Shown: piece by piece, positions 26,513 through 39,020 of the stretch
How the letters are laid out: each line of letters opens with the position of its first letter
Numbering within the stretch: the first letter of the stretch is position 1
Assembly (NCBI GenBank): GCA_964016885.1
Contig: OZ024740.1
Span: 124,992,001-125,056,000 of the forward strand
Reading direction: 5' to 3'
Length of the DNA stretch: 64,000 nt
DNA from: Eledone cirrhosa
Lineage: Eukaryota
Program-made: the position numbers and the translations under genes
The notes under the pieces: generated by a model
Database searches by the model: none
What the model saw: the letters and a program-made list of their open reading frames with translations, nothing else
Told to the model about the DNA's origin: nothing

Positions 26513-26832
26513 TTCTACCTGGAGTTGCGACCGATAGATAGTATTAGCAGCTGGAAAGACCAATGGAAACATTGTTTCCTCGGTCTGATTTGATGAAAAG
26601 TCAATCGTTCCTTTTTATGTTTGACATGCTAATGTCTGTATACTTATAAACCTGTGTGGATTTGTATAGCTATATATGTATAAATGTTATGTGTGCATAT
26701 ATAAATAATCATATAACAGGATGTGCAATAAATATGCTTATAATACACATATACATACTTATACATACACATCCAGATACACACACACACACACACACAT
26801 AAACATATATACATATATACATACATATATAT

Positions 26833-26865
<33 letters not shown>

Positions 26866-27993
26866 AATATATGTATATATAGTTAGCATTCAAAACTATA
26901 ATGATCCCAGAAGACAGCCAACTAGCAGGAACTGTACATGTGACTGTTTTTTCTGTGACCTGTATATGTCCCATGCGTGTTTTTAATTATATTATCATTG
27001 TATCGAACACAACCAAATTTCGAAATCCAAACTATATATATATATGGTTGACTGAAAATACACATTTTTCTCGAAATGCATTTTCCCGTTCCTTCATCTT
27101 CTCACTCTTTATCATTGTATTTCATCTTCTATATCTCATTCTATCATCTGATGAACGACTAGTGTCCGATATGTTAAGATTGTTTGTCTACTATATCAGG
27201 CATTAAACTAATACATTTCTTCATTGTACTGTGTCGTTTGCTTTATTTTTGTTAATTTTGCATAGATTTTTGCATTCTAGAACTACCAAAAGGCACAAGG
27301 GCTTATGGAAATATCAACACACTTCAGTTTTGTCTACGTGACGTGAATATGTAGATAGCTAGAAATAGCAGCCAAAAGCCATTCAACAACAAGAAGCTCA
27401 AAGAAATATGAATTTAGAAGCATATTTATATTACTAACTCCATGTGCGTTTGGCCAGTTCTTAGGTTTGCTTAGAGGTGGAAGAGTAGTTCATATGATTA
27501 GCTCTCTCTCACTGAGGATCCTAGCTAAACATTGAACTTAACCATTCCATAGGTGAAACATAGGTCTATAGGAACTAAGAAATTATGTACGAGAGAGTTA
27601 AATAATTCTTTGTTGTTTGGTATGTACTATTTTATATTTTTTATTAAACTCTCTATACTGCTCAATTGTAATTAAATGTTCGTACATTCTTTTCAAATTA
27701 TCTGTATATTTCTACATGTATCATTCGCTCTTGAATTTGTATTATTAAGAGTTTGGAATTTATCCATGCACTTTCATTGCAGGCAATATGGCGCATGTCT
27801 CTAATTTCTCAGACATGACATCTTAATTCATTTCAGTAATAAACATATAATATAGATATATGTATGTATATATATGTATATATACATAAAACGACCATTT
27901 TAAAATAATTTTTTAATATATATATACACGCATAAAGTCCATTTATATTTATGTGGTTATTAATTAATATGTGTGCATGTGTGTCAATCTTTC

Positions 27994-28360
27994 ATTATAT
28001 TTACACGTGGATTTACACTCAGACCATATAGCCCTTTATGGTCTGAGTTAAAATCCCACCGAGGTTAACTTTGCCTTTCATCCTTACAGGGTCGATAAAA
28101 TAAAGTACCAGTAATACACTAGAATAATTGCTGGCCTTGTGCCAAATATAGAAATAATTATATTTACACGTGGATTGGCAGTATCGGTAGAGGGTCGGGC
28201 GTCATGCTTTGACGCATAGAGTTACGGCCCTTTCCATTCTGAGTTCAAATTCCGCCGAGGTCAACTTTGCCTTTCATCCTTACGGGGTCGATAAAATAAA
28301 GTACAGTAATGTACTGGGCAATTGCTGGCCTTGTGCCAAAAGTAGAAACAATTATATTTA
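27994..28360 (+). mobile_element. Tandem pair of SINE family A (first copy rearranged)
   Basis: Both copies begin with attatatttacacgtggatt; the second is complete (A-box tggcagtatcgg, B-box gagttcaaattcc). Confidence 0.85.
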
Positions 28361-30058
28361 CACAAATTTGTTTGAAAGTTTGTATATTTATTGATCCTGA
28401 CAATTCACTGTCTTTGGTTTATTAATAAGCGATTCATTTTTTTTTTTTTCAGGATTCTTGACTGGAAACTTGATGAGGCAGTACTTTTAAGTCAATATAG
28501 TAGCATTAGATAATATAGTCCTAGATATTCCTAAATGCAATGGGGATCATTGGAATACCTTTGATCAGGTAATGTATGAATAAGCAGCTTTGACATATAT
28601 ATATATATATACAAATTGTAAGTTGAGCATTTTATTATAGTTCGATTTTTATTAATTGTTTGTAATTTTATCTTTGCTTTCTATACTGAAGGTCCTTAAT
28701 GGCTCATTCTTCTTTACTTTTTGCAATTTGTAAAGATGTGCCAGTGTGTTCCACAAAAATAGTAAATACTAGCTTAGTTCCCTTCCACTATCATATGACA
28801 GTAATAGTGGCACTGAGTACTGTAATGGCAATTCCACACCAAATACAGTAGTGTTCTGAGTAGGCTAACTTCCCACCGATGAAGCTATTCTTAACCGATT
28901 ATGTAATGTTTAATAGCATTACCTAATTTCTGTGCCCGCCAGTCCATCATGGACTCTCATGAGCAGATGGGGTAACAGGAACTAGTGCATTAGTTCGGGA
29001 ATATAGAATTAAATTCTCTACCGACACAAAATCGTTTCTCTCACTCTTTATCATATTAGTGTGCACTCTGCTTTCCTTTTTGTTGACATCTTAATGATGC
29101 TGTTATAATTAAATCATTAAGTGAGAAAATGGTCGGAGATACGTCAGACTTTCCGATGAGTTTGTTTCCATATTATTATTATATACATACATAAATATAA
29201 ATAACTTTTAATCTTTGGTTGTTGCTGATTTAGAGTATACCTATATATCTCTTACAGGTAAGTAATTCAAAATTTAAGTGCTAGTTGTTGGGCAAGTAGG
29301 CCACATTATATTTTAGTTGAAGATCTGTTTATGAACTCATTGCATATTTTGTTAGGCTATGTTTGGGCTATTTTCCAGTTTCTGGCAGTTGGTTGCATAT
29401 CCATCTTCTCAGTTTAATGTATGCCAAAATGAATGTGATCAACTGAAATCTTGGTTAAAAATTCATAGCATAGTTGATAGGTACATCGTTTTATGAGATT
29501 TTGTTATGTTTAATTGTATTTATAATTTTGTAGTTGGTCTTATTACAAACTATACTAATAGCTTGTGCAGCATAAATTGTCATTATTGTTGTTGTTTAGT
29601 TTCAAGTTGAACATCAACAATATATAAGTTGTCATAAACAAGGACCACCGAGTGCAGAAAATCTGTCTTTCTCATCCAACTCATGCAAACATGGAAGAGC
29701 AGATATAAAACAATGATGTTATATATATTTGTGTGTGTATGTGTATTGATTAAAAAAACCCCAGTCGATTCATAAGTCTGTATAATCTTAATTAATAGAC
29801 ATAATAAACCTATAAATTAACACATAAACATTGTAGACAATATTCTCTTTCTTTCCCTCTGCCTCTAGTCTAGATGTGTTAGATTATCTCTTTATTTAAT
29901 ATAGCCATTTTGTCTGTCTGTATGTATACATGTATATATATGTAAATATTTATGTAATTACATAAATATTTTTGATAAACATTGCACAAACAATAGACAT
30001 ATTTTCCAGACAGATCCTTTTAATAATTTGATATTATCTTGTAAAAATTAAAATTATA

Positions 30059-30113
<55 letters not shown>

Positions 30114-31734
30114 CATCACCAGAAACAACATATAACACTATAGCAATAACAGTATCAACACAACTAATCACCACATCAAGAGAAAGAAGCAGCAAGCAAT
30201 ATAATAACAAAAGCAACAATAACTGTTTAGTGCATAGACTCTAAGTCTGATATTTGTTTTAAAGAGCTGATATATTATGAGCTGCAGTATGATTTTCCCC
30301 ATGAATCATAATAAAGGGAGGAGTGCGGAACTGTTTCCTGAATATATTTTTTTATACCGTTTGTAAAATAAGTTGGATTACTTTGAATAAATAATGAATG
30401 AATATTACATAATTTATGTACTAATGTTGTAGCTCTTTATCAAATATAAATAATTTTATTGCTTATTTCAAGATTCACTTCTTTTAAAAGTTTCAAATTC
30501 CAACACTTCCAGTATATTGCCATCACCACAAACACAACCACTTCAACTACCATATATATAGACAGAGCAAGAAAGAAAGAGAGAGTGTGGGATGAGAGAG
30601 ATACAGATAGAATGACAAATATATATATATACACATATATATAGAGAGAGAGAGAGAGTGAAAGCGAAAGATGAAGATATTAGGATGTTTTTCAACATTC
30701 TGATGTTTATGTGTATGTGCATATGTGTATATACATACATTTGTATGTATGAGTATATGACTAATCATGCAAACACAGACACACTTACAAAAATATACAC
30801 TCATAGACATACATTCACACAAATACACATACTTTCACACAAACACATACATACATTTACACACACACATACAGTCATGATAGCAGCATTCGATAAATTT
30901 AAAAGTAGGAGGGTAAAATGAAGTTTAGCTTTTTATTTACTTATTCTTATAAAAAAACTAATATAAAATGTACAAAGGAAAGGGAAAGGAAAAAAAGAAA
31001 GAGAAAAAACACACAGGCAGGTAATACACACACCTAGGACCACCTACAACAAAAGGCATTTCGAAAGGGGTGGACAAATGAGCCGCTATCAGAGCAAAAG
31101 ATAACAATATAGCGAGGAGCACTAATTATTTGTAGGCAAGCCAGCACGCTCACAGCGTTACATCGGGTGAAGGCGAGGCTGAGGTGCTAGAACAACCAAG
31201 CACCCTCACAAGTATCACTAGTAACATCAGTTAGGTGAGCCACCAGTGAAGATAAGAACCTTGCTGTCAGTAGCCCGACACCCCCAAATGCCGCAGGCTG
31301 GTAAATTTAGTTAGCCAACAGAAGACAGTATTTTAGGATTTTGTTCCATTCAGTTGCAGATATTGTAGCTCTCACTCTTACCACTGCATCCAGGATGTGG
31401 GAAGAAGCAACAAGAGACTCTAACTGTGACGTCCCAGAAAGGCACCTGCCTCTTGACGAGGGCACAGGGTAAGACCCTCAGGTCCATCAATTCTGGAAAA
31501 CCCAGACAGTTCTAAAATTGAGGGATGTTTGCCTGGGCCAAAGCTCTTAAGTGGTAATAGGACAGTGTGTGTATGTGTGTGCGTGAGTTTGTCGGCATTC
31601 TTAAATTAGAGACGTGTGCGTGTGTTATATATATATATGTGTGTTTGTGAGTCACCGCTTTTAAGTTGGAGACCTATATATGTGTGTATCCCCTTCCTTC
31701 CTTTTACACACACATACATTCACACACACACATT

Positions 31735-32385
31735 TTGTGACGGATATATGAACAGAAGTCGCTCAAATTTAAATACATGAGGATGGAGTTCCACTGAAGC
31801 AGGTAAAGAAGTTGAAGTATCTCAGGGCCGTGTTCATGAGTGATCGAAAGCAGGAGGCTGAATTAAGTGCAAGAATTGCAAAAGCTGATGCAGTAATGCA
31901 CCAGTTTCAGTATTCAGTAATCAAAAGAAGGGAGGTAAGTGTAAAAGCCAGGGTCATAAATCTTGGGTAATGACCAAGAGAATACAATATTAAAAACAAG
32001 TGGCTGAAATGGGGTTTCTTTGAAGAGTGTTTTAAATAACGTTACTCAATAAAGTGCATAGCTCTGAGACAAGAGAATCACTCCTGGTAGAGCCGCTACT
32101 TCTCTGGATTGAGAGATCACAGCTCTGATACTATGAGCATGTTGTTAGAATGTCTCAGGAAAGAATCGTTGGACAGATTTTACAGGTAAAACCAACCAGC
32201 AAAAGACCCAGAGGTAGACCCTGAGCAAGATAGTTGGATAACATCCATGACCTTGGCTGGTCATGCTTTATTATGCAGTTGGATCACTTAGAGATGTTTG
32301 CTTCTGACATACTCACTGGAAGGAGTGTTTGAGCAGGACTCTACCCCCACCACCCTCTTATAAATAAGTGAGTGAAGAAGAAGAT
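31735..32385 (+). mobile_element. RTE LINE of a second family (Rex3/Expander-like), 3' fragment
   Basis: KQVKKLKYLRAVFMSDRKQEAELSARIAKA, GKRPRGRP-like end and (GAA)n tail; same family as 41737-42960. Confidence 0.75.
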
Positions 32386-32924
32386 ATTGTCAATTTACTT
32401 TTCAATTTGAATATCATATCTATATGCTTATATATTTGCATATAATACCAATATGCACACTACATACGCTAACATAAAACCACCTGAATGGCAGTTCTTC
32501 TTCTAGTATTAGTAATATATCTTTACTGCTTTCAATCACTGTATTGCAGCTATGCCCAACCATCATATATATTATTAGCTAACAGACCCTGATTCTATGA
32601 CACAAAACTGTTTTAAAGTGTTTATATTTATTAAAATCTTACCATCTTAATTTTATGTAAAATCTGCACCAACCATCAGATAAATCAGAAAAAAAGGAAG
32701 TTAAATTATATTCTTGGTTACTTTCAAAATTATTTGAAAATCATAGTCCGTCTTTTTCATGAGAATTATTATAATGAAAGGGTCAAATGGTGCTTTTGCC
32801 AATCATAAATATGCCTGTAACTTCTTATATCTATCTGTATCTATTGAATGGCTAAAACACATTTTATTGCTATGATTATATTTGTTGCATTTGTTGTTTC
32901 TTGTGACATAATATATATATATAT

Positions 32925-33035
32925 GTATGAGCAAGGCATGGTCAGCCGACCAGACACTGCCCACAACAGGACAACCCGTCTAACCCATGCTAGCGTGGAA
33001 GAACGGACGTAAAACGGTGATGATGATGATGATGA

Positions 33036-33039
<4 letters not shown>
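32925..33039 (+). mobile_element. ~110-bp RTE 3' end inserted in a (TA)n tract
   Basis: Nearly identical to the reverse complement of 604-715; (GAT)n tail; TA repeats on both sides. Confidence 0.85.
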
Positions 33040-33114
<75 letters not shown>

Positions 33115-33769
33115 GATACAGATATATTAATTTTTACAAGATAATATTGGATATGTCTAGAAAATACGTCTGGTGTTTGAGCAATGTTTATAAAAAGTAT
33201 ATAATTCTGACATGAGTTAATGGCTGAACCATGGCCATTCTGAAGATAAACAAACACTGATTCCAGCACATGTTCAAAGCTACATGGTCTGTCTATTGTT
33301 GCCATGCAGAGCAATTCTACCTCATCAATAGCTTTCAAATGTTGCTGCACGGTGATCAAACTTTGTGGAGAGAGATATCTCATGTTGATGTGCAGTTTAC
33401 AATTGGCGGAGTTTAGCATGACGAGAAGAAAAGAATACACTGGGGTCAATTTAATTGACTTTCCCCTCTCCCAAATTGCTGGCCTTGTGCCTATAGTAGA
33501 AATGATTATTATAGCTAACATGAAGCATTGTGAGATAAGTAACAAGTGATAACAACTTCAGAAAGCAGGTACAATGTGGATAGAAATAGAAATATTAAAG
33601 GTGGTATTGCTGTAAAGGAAGATAAATAAAAAAATAAAAAAATAATGTTTTTTTACCCTATATCTTTCATCATAATATTTCATGAGAAATACCTTTTTTT
33701 TTCAAATGAAAAAATTAAAAATTATGCATCCCATATAACAGACATTTCATATGTTGTAAGTGTGGATTG

Positions 33770-34590
33770 TATACCGCTGGAGCATACAATGCTCACAACC
33801 TTGATGTTTTCAAAAACAGAGTTGCATACATAAACTTTGATGTGAGAGGATTCCTCTTGCTACTTGACTTTACACTAAGAATCACAGAGATGGGATCCAT
33901 ATACACCAAATGTTACTGAAAGGATATCTGCAGGACTTATTTGTACACCACAATTCCGCTCTTTTTTACAGATATAAAATGGCGGCTTATGTATGAAATG
34001 AGATCTTCTGGATACACAACAGATGCAGCTAGGGTAGTGACAAATACACCAGCATAGAATAATTCTTGAGTTCTCACTGAAAACAGCTACTGAAATCCTT
34101 TTGACAAATAATGAGATGCCAAGGCACCACTCAAGAGAACAAGGAGGGCACGACACCTAGGGATAGCATATGCTATGAAAAGTTGCTGCATTTCAACGAT
34201 AGAGTGAACGTTGCCATCCAACAAACTATCCATAGGGAGGGTTTGAACATATAACTGGCACAGTTAAGACCCTCCCTGAGGAGACTACTCTCAAAACCTG
34301 ACCAGCATATAATGATATAGGCACATTTCCTAACTGTCCCATCAACAATCTGGACGTATGCATGGGAATATATGTGATTCTTCATACAATGGAATTGTTG
34401 TCTGGGTGTTATACATATCGATCAAGGAGCTAACAACCACAAAAATGTTAACTCTCTAAAACAACTGGATAAATGCCACAACTGAGACATTGAGCTCACC
34501 CTAGAAGTGAAGGAGTGGAATGTGGGGAATTTAAGAATTAAGGAAGCCTTAATTACAAACACACAAAAATCACTAATAGACAATAGTATA
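33770..34590 (+). mobile_element. Decayed Penelope-like element fragment
   Basis: LLDFTLRITEMGSIYTKCY*K resembles the PLE RT C-terminus (LPFLD..I....G.I.T..YRK), and NLRIKEALI resembles the GIY-YIG C-terminal helix. Confidence 0.45.
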
Positions 34591-37067
34591 GAGTTACACG
34601 GTGGTAGTTAAAGTAGCAGTATTCCAGATAATCCAAAACTGACAATATCTGGCATTATGAGACCAACCAAATAAAGAGGTCACCCATACCATTATAATTT
34701 TTTTTTCAAAGGAACATTTTAAAATTAACGTTACATTTTACAACTGTTTTACCATGGTAGCACAGGTTGAACAAAGTCTGGAGCTTATCCCTATTTCATG
34801 GACATTATTCAAATAAGAGTACAATATGTGATACTAGTCCATTACAATGATAGCTCACAGCTTCTACTGGTACTAATTTTCAGCTGAGTCCATCAGAAAA
34901 ATGTGAAGTAAAGTATTTTGCTCAAAGATACAATACCTCACCTATTCAGGGAATGAAACCTACAATGTTAAGAACATGCACCCAACACACACTAGCCTGC
35001 AATAAGAGTAAAGTTTCCTCAAACTAAAGATCTGATCCAAATGTTTGCAATAGAGTAGAGTCCACTAAAGGCACCTAAGGGACAGACAGTGATGTTAAAT
35101 TGGGTGATTAATTAAGCCTACCATCTAAATAGGCCCAAAACAGGATTTAAAATCATAACACATAGAACCGAAATGAATATTGCCAGTCATCTGATCGAAC
35201 ATTCTAATGGTTCTGCCAGTCACTTTCCTTTGATTGGTAGTTTATGGTACCTGGAAAGATGTAAGGTAAAGTTGATTTTGGTAGGATTTGAACTCATAAT
35301 GCAAGGCATTTTATTTGATGCTTTATGCTAATTCTTTACCAAGTTATATCAGAAAAGCAATAAGCCCATCTGAACTAACAGTACTTTTCATATAAAATTG
35401 ATTCACAAAGTTAGCTTATTGAATACTGTTACTATACTAGCCTTTAAATAAAGTGAAATACCTTCTGTTATGTGTATACTGGGTCATACATGAGAGTTAT
35501 GACATAGATTATTGGCCATTACAGAGTATTGACAGAGCATGAATAACAAAACTCAAACAACTGATCATGCAGTTAATCAATAGGCCTGAACTATAGTAAT
35601 ACTTTGCAATTGAGCAGTATAATTTATAATGTTAGTTATGTATGAATGAAGTGATCAGAGGAGTGTCAAGTGCAGAGGTTCTCTGCATCCCCAAAGTCAA
35701 TAATTATTATTTGCTAGCCCTTCTAGTCAGTATAGATAATTTTCAACTTTATATCATACATCAAATTAAACAAGATTTCTATAATCAACAGAAGTGATAT
35801 AGTAATTGTTGTTTAAATGCAGGCCAGTATTCATTAAACAAACTTATGCTCATCCAATATTTTCTTTATAGTGTATCAAAGGCTACATTATAAATTATAT
35901 CTCCTTATTTTACGATCATTGGGTGTAATTTGAAGGAAGTTTGGCTGTTTATCAAACAACCATTTATAAACATCCTTGTTGGCTTATAATCAATAATAGT
36001 AGATCATATATGAATCCTGCGATCCATATAATGCATCCTGCATGTGCAATTTCATACAGAGAGCAGATAATGGTAGGATTCAAAAAGTGGATCGTCGCCT
36101 CTTGAGAATGTATTTGGCAAGTATAATCAGATTTATGAAGTAAGCCATATCAGAATGATATGATCACAAAATTGAAATACACACGTTTGGCATGATCAAG
36201 AAAATAGGTGATGCATGAATGTGTATAGTAATTGACGTTAACATGAAAAGTCAGATTCCAGCAGAAGTTCATACATGTGCGATATGACTTTGAAGTAAAC
36301 CTTGCAGAATAACAAAACTACATACACACTAACAATATGGAATAAACAACTACAAATATATGTACATTATTTATTTTACTGCATTGATGCTTAGAAAAGT
36401 TTTGATACTGATTGATCAATCCAAATACAGTAATGTATTGATTTCTAATTGAATTGAATTCAATTTTATTTACTTTTCTGTTATTTTTTTGTCAATTTTC
36501 TTTCTATTATTAATATTTTTCCTTGTTTTTAATTACACACTTCTGAGTTAAACCTTCCTTTTAATCAATCAATTTAGATAAGAAGATTTTCTTTTTTCAA
36601 CGACATGTTCTCATTCTTGTAGACATGCCTGATATAGAGAAATGTCATACATATAAAAGAAAAATAATTATCTAATCCTTTGTAATTAAGTAGTTTGGCT
36701 TCCATTTTCTTTCCATTTATTCATTTAATTCTTTTATCTTATTCTGTTGACAAAGATATTGGGTTATTTTATTGAGAATGTGATTTCTATACCTTTTTGA
36801 ATTTAATCAATATTAAAAACAAATATATATTTAGCTATCCACAGATGGCTTAATGCAGAATAATCCCTATGTTTATGTAGATTATTGGAAAAAACATAAT
36901 CTTCAAATATACTCCTGCTTTGCTTTATTTTCTCAAAATCTTAAATATTTTATACTGTGCGTTTGACTGACCTTAAAATAATAATTTATGTCAAGAAAAG
37001 AATTAAAATTAAAAAGGTAAAATAAGCTGAGAGACAGATCTGGATTCAAAAGTATAGTGAATTTAAA

Positions 37068-38750
37068 TCGTCATCATCAGTGTTTAACATTCATTTTCCA
37101 TGCTAACATGGTTTAGATGAGTTATTCCATTGTGAGACAAGCCAGGTCAAATGACCATGTCTGGTTCCTTCATAACTGATTTTTGTTTGGTGTTTGGTGT
37201 CCTAATGTCAAACATTTATTGTGTGTAGTGGGAGCTTTTTGTCGTTCCACCAACACGACCAATTTACTGTGTGGGCTGAGCACTATTTGTCATGTCACCA
37301 ATACGACCACTTTATAGTGTTGGCTGTGTGCTTTTCGTTGTGACACCCACATGACTACATTACCATGTAGGTTGGGTACTTTTTTTTGTGTCACCAAAAC
37401 GACTACTTTATAGTGTAGTGTGGACTTGGATGAAGGAGGTGCATGGGGATTGAGAAAGTAGATCTAAGTTCAAGGGTAGGGTGTTACGACATGTGAGGTG
37501 TATGGAAGGGGTGATGGAGTGGAAAATTGTGCATACTAGATGTATTCTGCAACTGGAAGGTGGGTCTTCTTTATTATTGGATAATGCCAGAGATCAGTCT
37601 TGTATCCTCACCTTTCAGAGGAGCAATTGTGCAAGGTCAGCTTTTATCATCTCATCCCAAGTCTTCCTCCTCCATAGCTTCCATCAAGTTTGAATGCTTT
37701 GCACCATTTTGTACAGCTGTTATCCTTCATATGCATCACATTTCCATATCAACACTATCTCCTCTACTACACACTGCATCTGATCCATCATATGCCCAAA
37801 TTCTCAATCAGTTCATTTATTCTTTGCCATTCATTTATATTACTACTAGCAGTAAAGCCCGGCGTTGCTCGGGGTCGCTCAGTAGCTGTGTTAAAGTTAC
37901 AATGTTAAGTTTCTTTTTTGGCTTAAAAACTGTAGTGTCTACTGTGCAGACTTGCATGTGGTGTTTTTGATTAATATTCCCTCAACCAACAATATGCCTT
38001 ATGAAGTTAAGAAAACATAACGATAACCCGAATGTTATAACAAAAGAGGATGCTGGGGATAAAAACTGCACTGGTTATTTATTAACAAAGATCGAAAATG
38101 TAAACACTGCAACGCAGAGAAAAACATTAGCGTAACCAAATTATCAGTTATGTCATTTTAAACGCTGAGAAAGCCAGCGTAATTTTTTACGTAAGACGCT
38201 CAATGTAAACAGAACAAAGGGAAATAACTGATAACTTACGCTCAAAAATCGATACATTATATTCGATTTCGTCACATAGGGTGGGTCAATTTGAAATTTT
38301 TTTTTTCCGATGTCTTCGCTAGGGCTGAATGTACAAGTCTAGCAATTTCGGTGCAATTCCGTGAGAGATTCTAAGAGATGTGTGCCAAAAATCGATAGAC
38401 AGACAGACAACCACAGTTTTATATATATAGATTACACATTCATCAAAGCATGGAAGCTTCATTTCTCTCCAATATTCACAGGTCCTCTGCACACTGTGCA
38501 TAATCACACTACCATGCAATATTGCTGTTTGTATACATGCATCATACAATCTGCCCTTCATTTAGAAGGGGAAAACATTTGTAGCTAGCATGGTAGTAGC
38601 TCCCTGAACTTTCTTCATCCCGTTCTCACTTTGGCTACTATGCTTTCAGAACACCCTCCTCCACTGATAATTTGGTCACCCAGGTAACAGAAACTATCTA
38701 CTACTTCTACAGAGCCTTCTGGGCATTTGAAGGGGCTAATATCCTGTTAC
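37068..38750 (-). mobile_element. 5'-truncated RTE LINE interrupted by a Helitron
   Basis: MKGRLYDACIQTAILHGS, FCYLGDQI, 3' UTR repeats and GAT tail at ~37068-37080. Confidence 0.85.
37846..38431 (-). mobile_element. Non-autonomous Helitron (586 bp)
   Basis: Minus strand starts TC(TATATATATAAAA) with (CTGT)n and ends with the hairpin cccg-agcaacgc-cggg then CTAG; inserted between A and T with no TSD. Removing it restores ttacta|ttacaca as in the intact RTE at ~17410. Confidence 0.88.
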
Positions 38751-38844
38751 TACACCTATGCATCGCACACATGCTTTATGGCTGCTTTAAGGAATCAATT
38801 CTTTAGCTTAATTTAAAATGAATTTACTTCTATTATTATTATAG

Positions 38845-39020
38845 CAGTATTGGTAGAGCACTAGACGTGCTTTGCAGCATATAGTTATGCCCATATATGT
38901 TCAAATCCCGCTGAGGTTAGCTCTGCCTTTCATTCTTATGGGGTCGATAAAATAAAGCACTAGTAATGCACTGGGGTCGATTTAATCGATTTCCCTTCTC
39001 CTTCAAATGGCTGGCTTTGT
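38845..39020 (+). mobile_element. SINE family A
   Basis: B-box gttcaaatccc and the family A core. Confidence 0.75.

Noticed and set aside
30920-31560. GC-richer segment resembling a LINE 3' end on the minus strand
   Set aside because: No recognisable protein motif, so the family cannot be supported.
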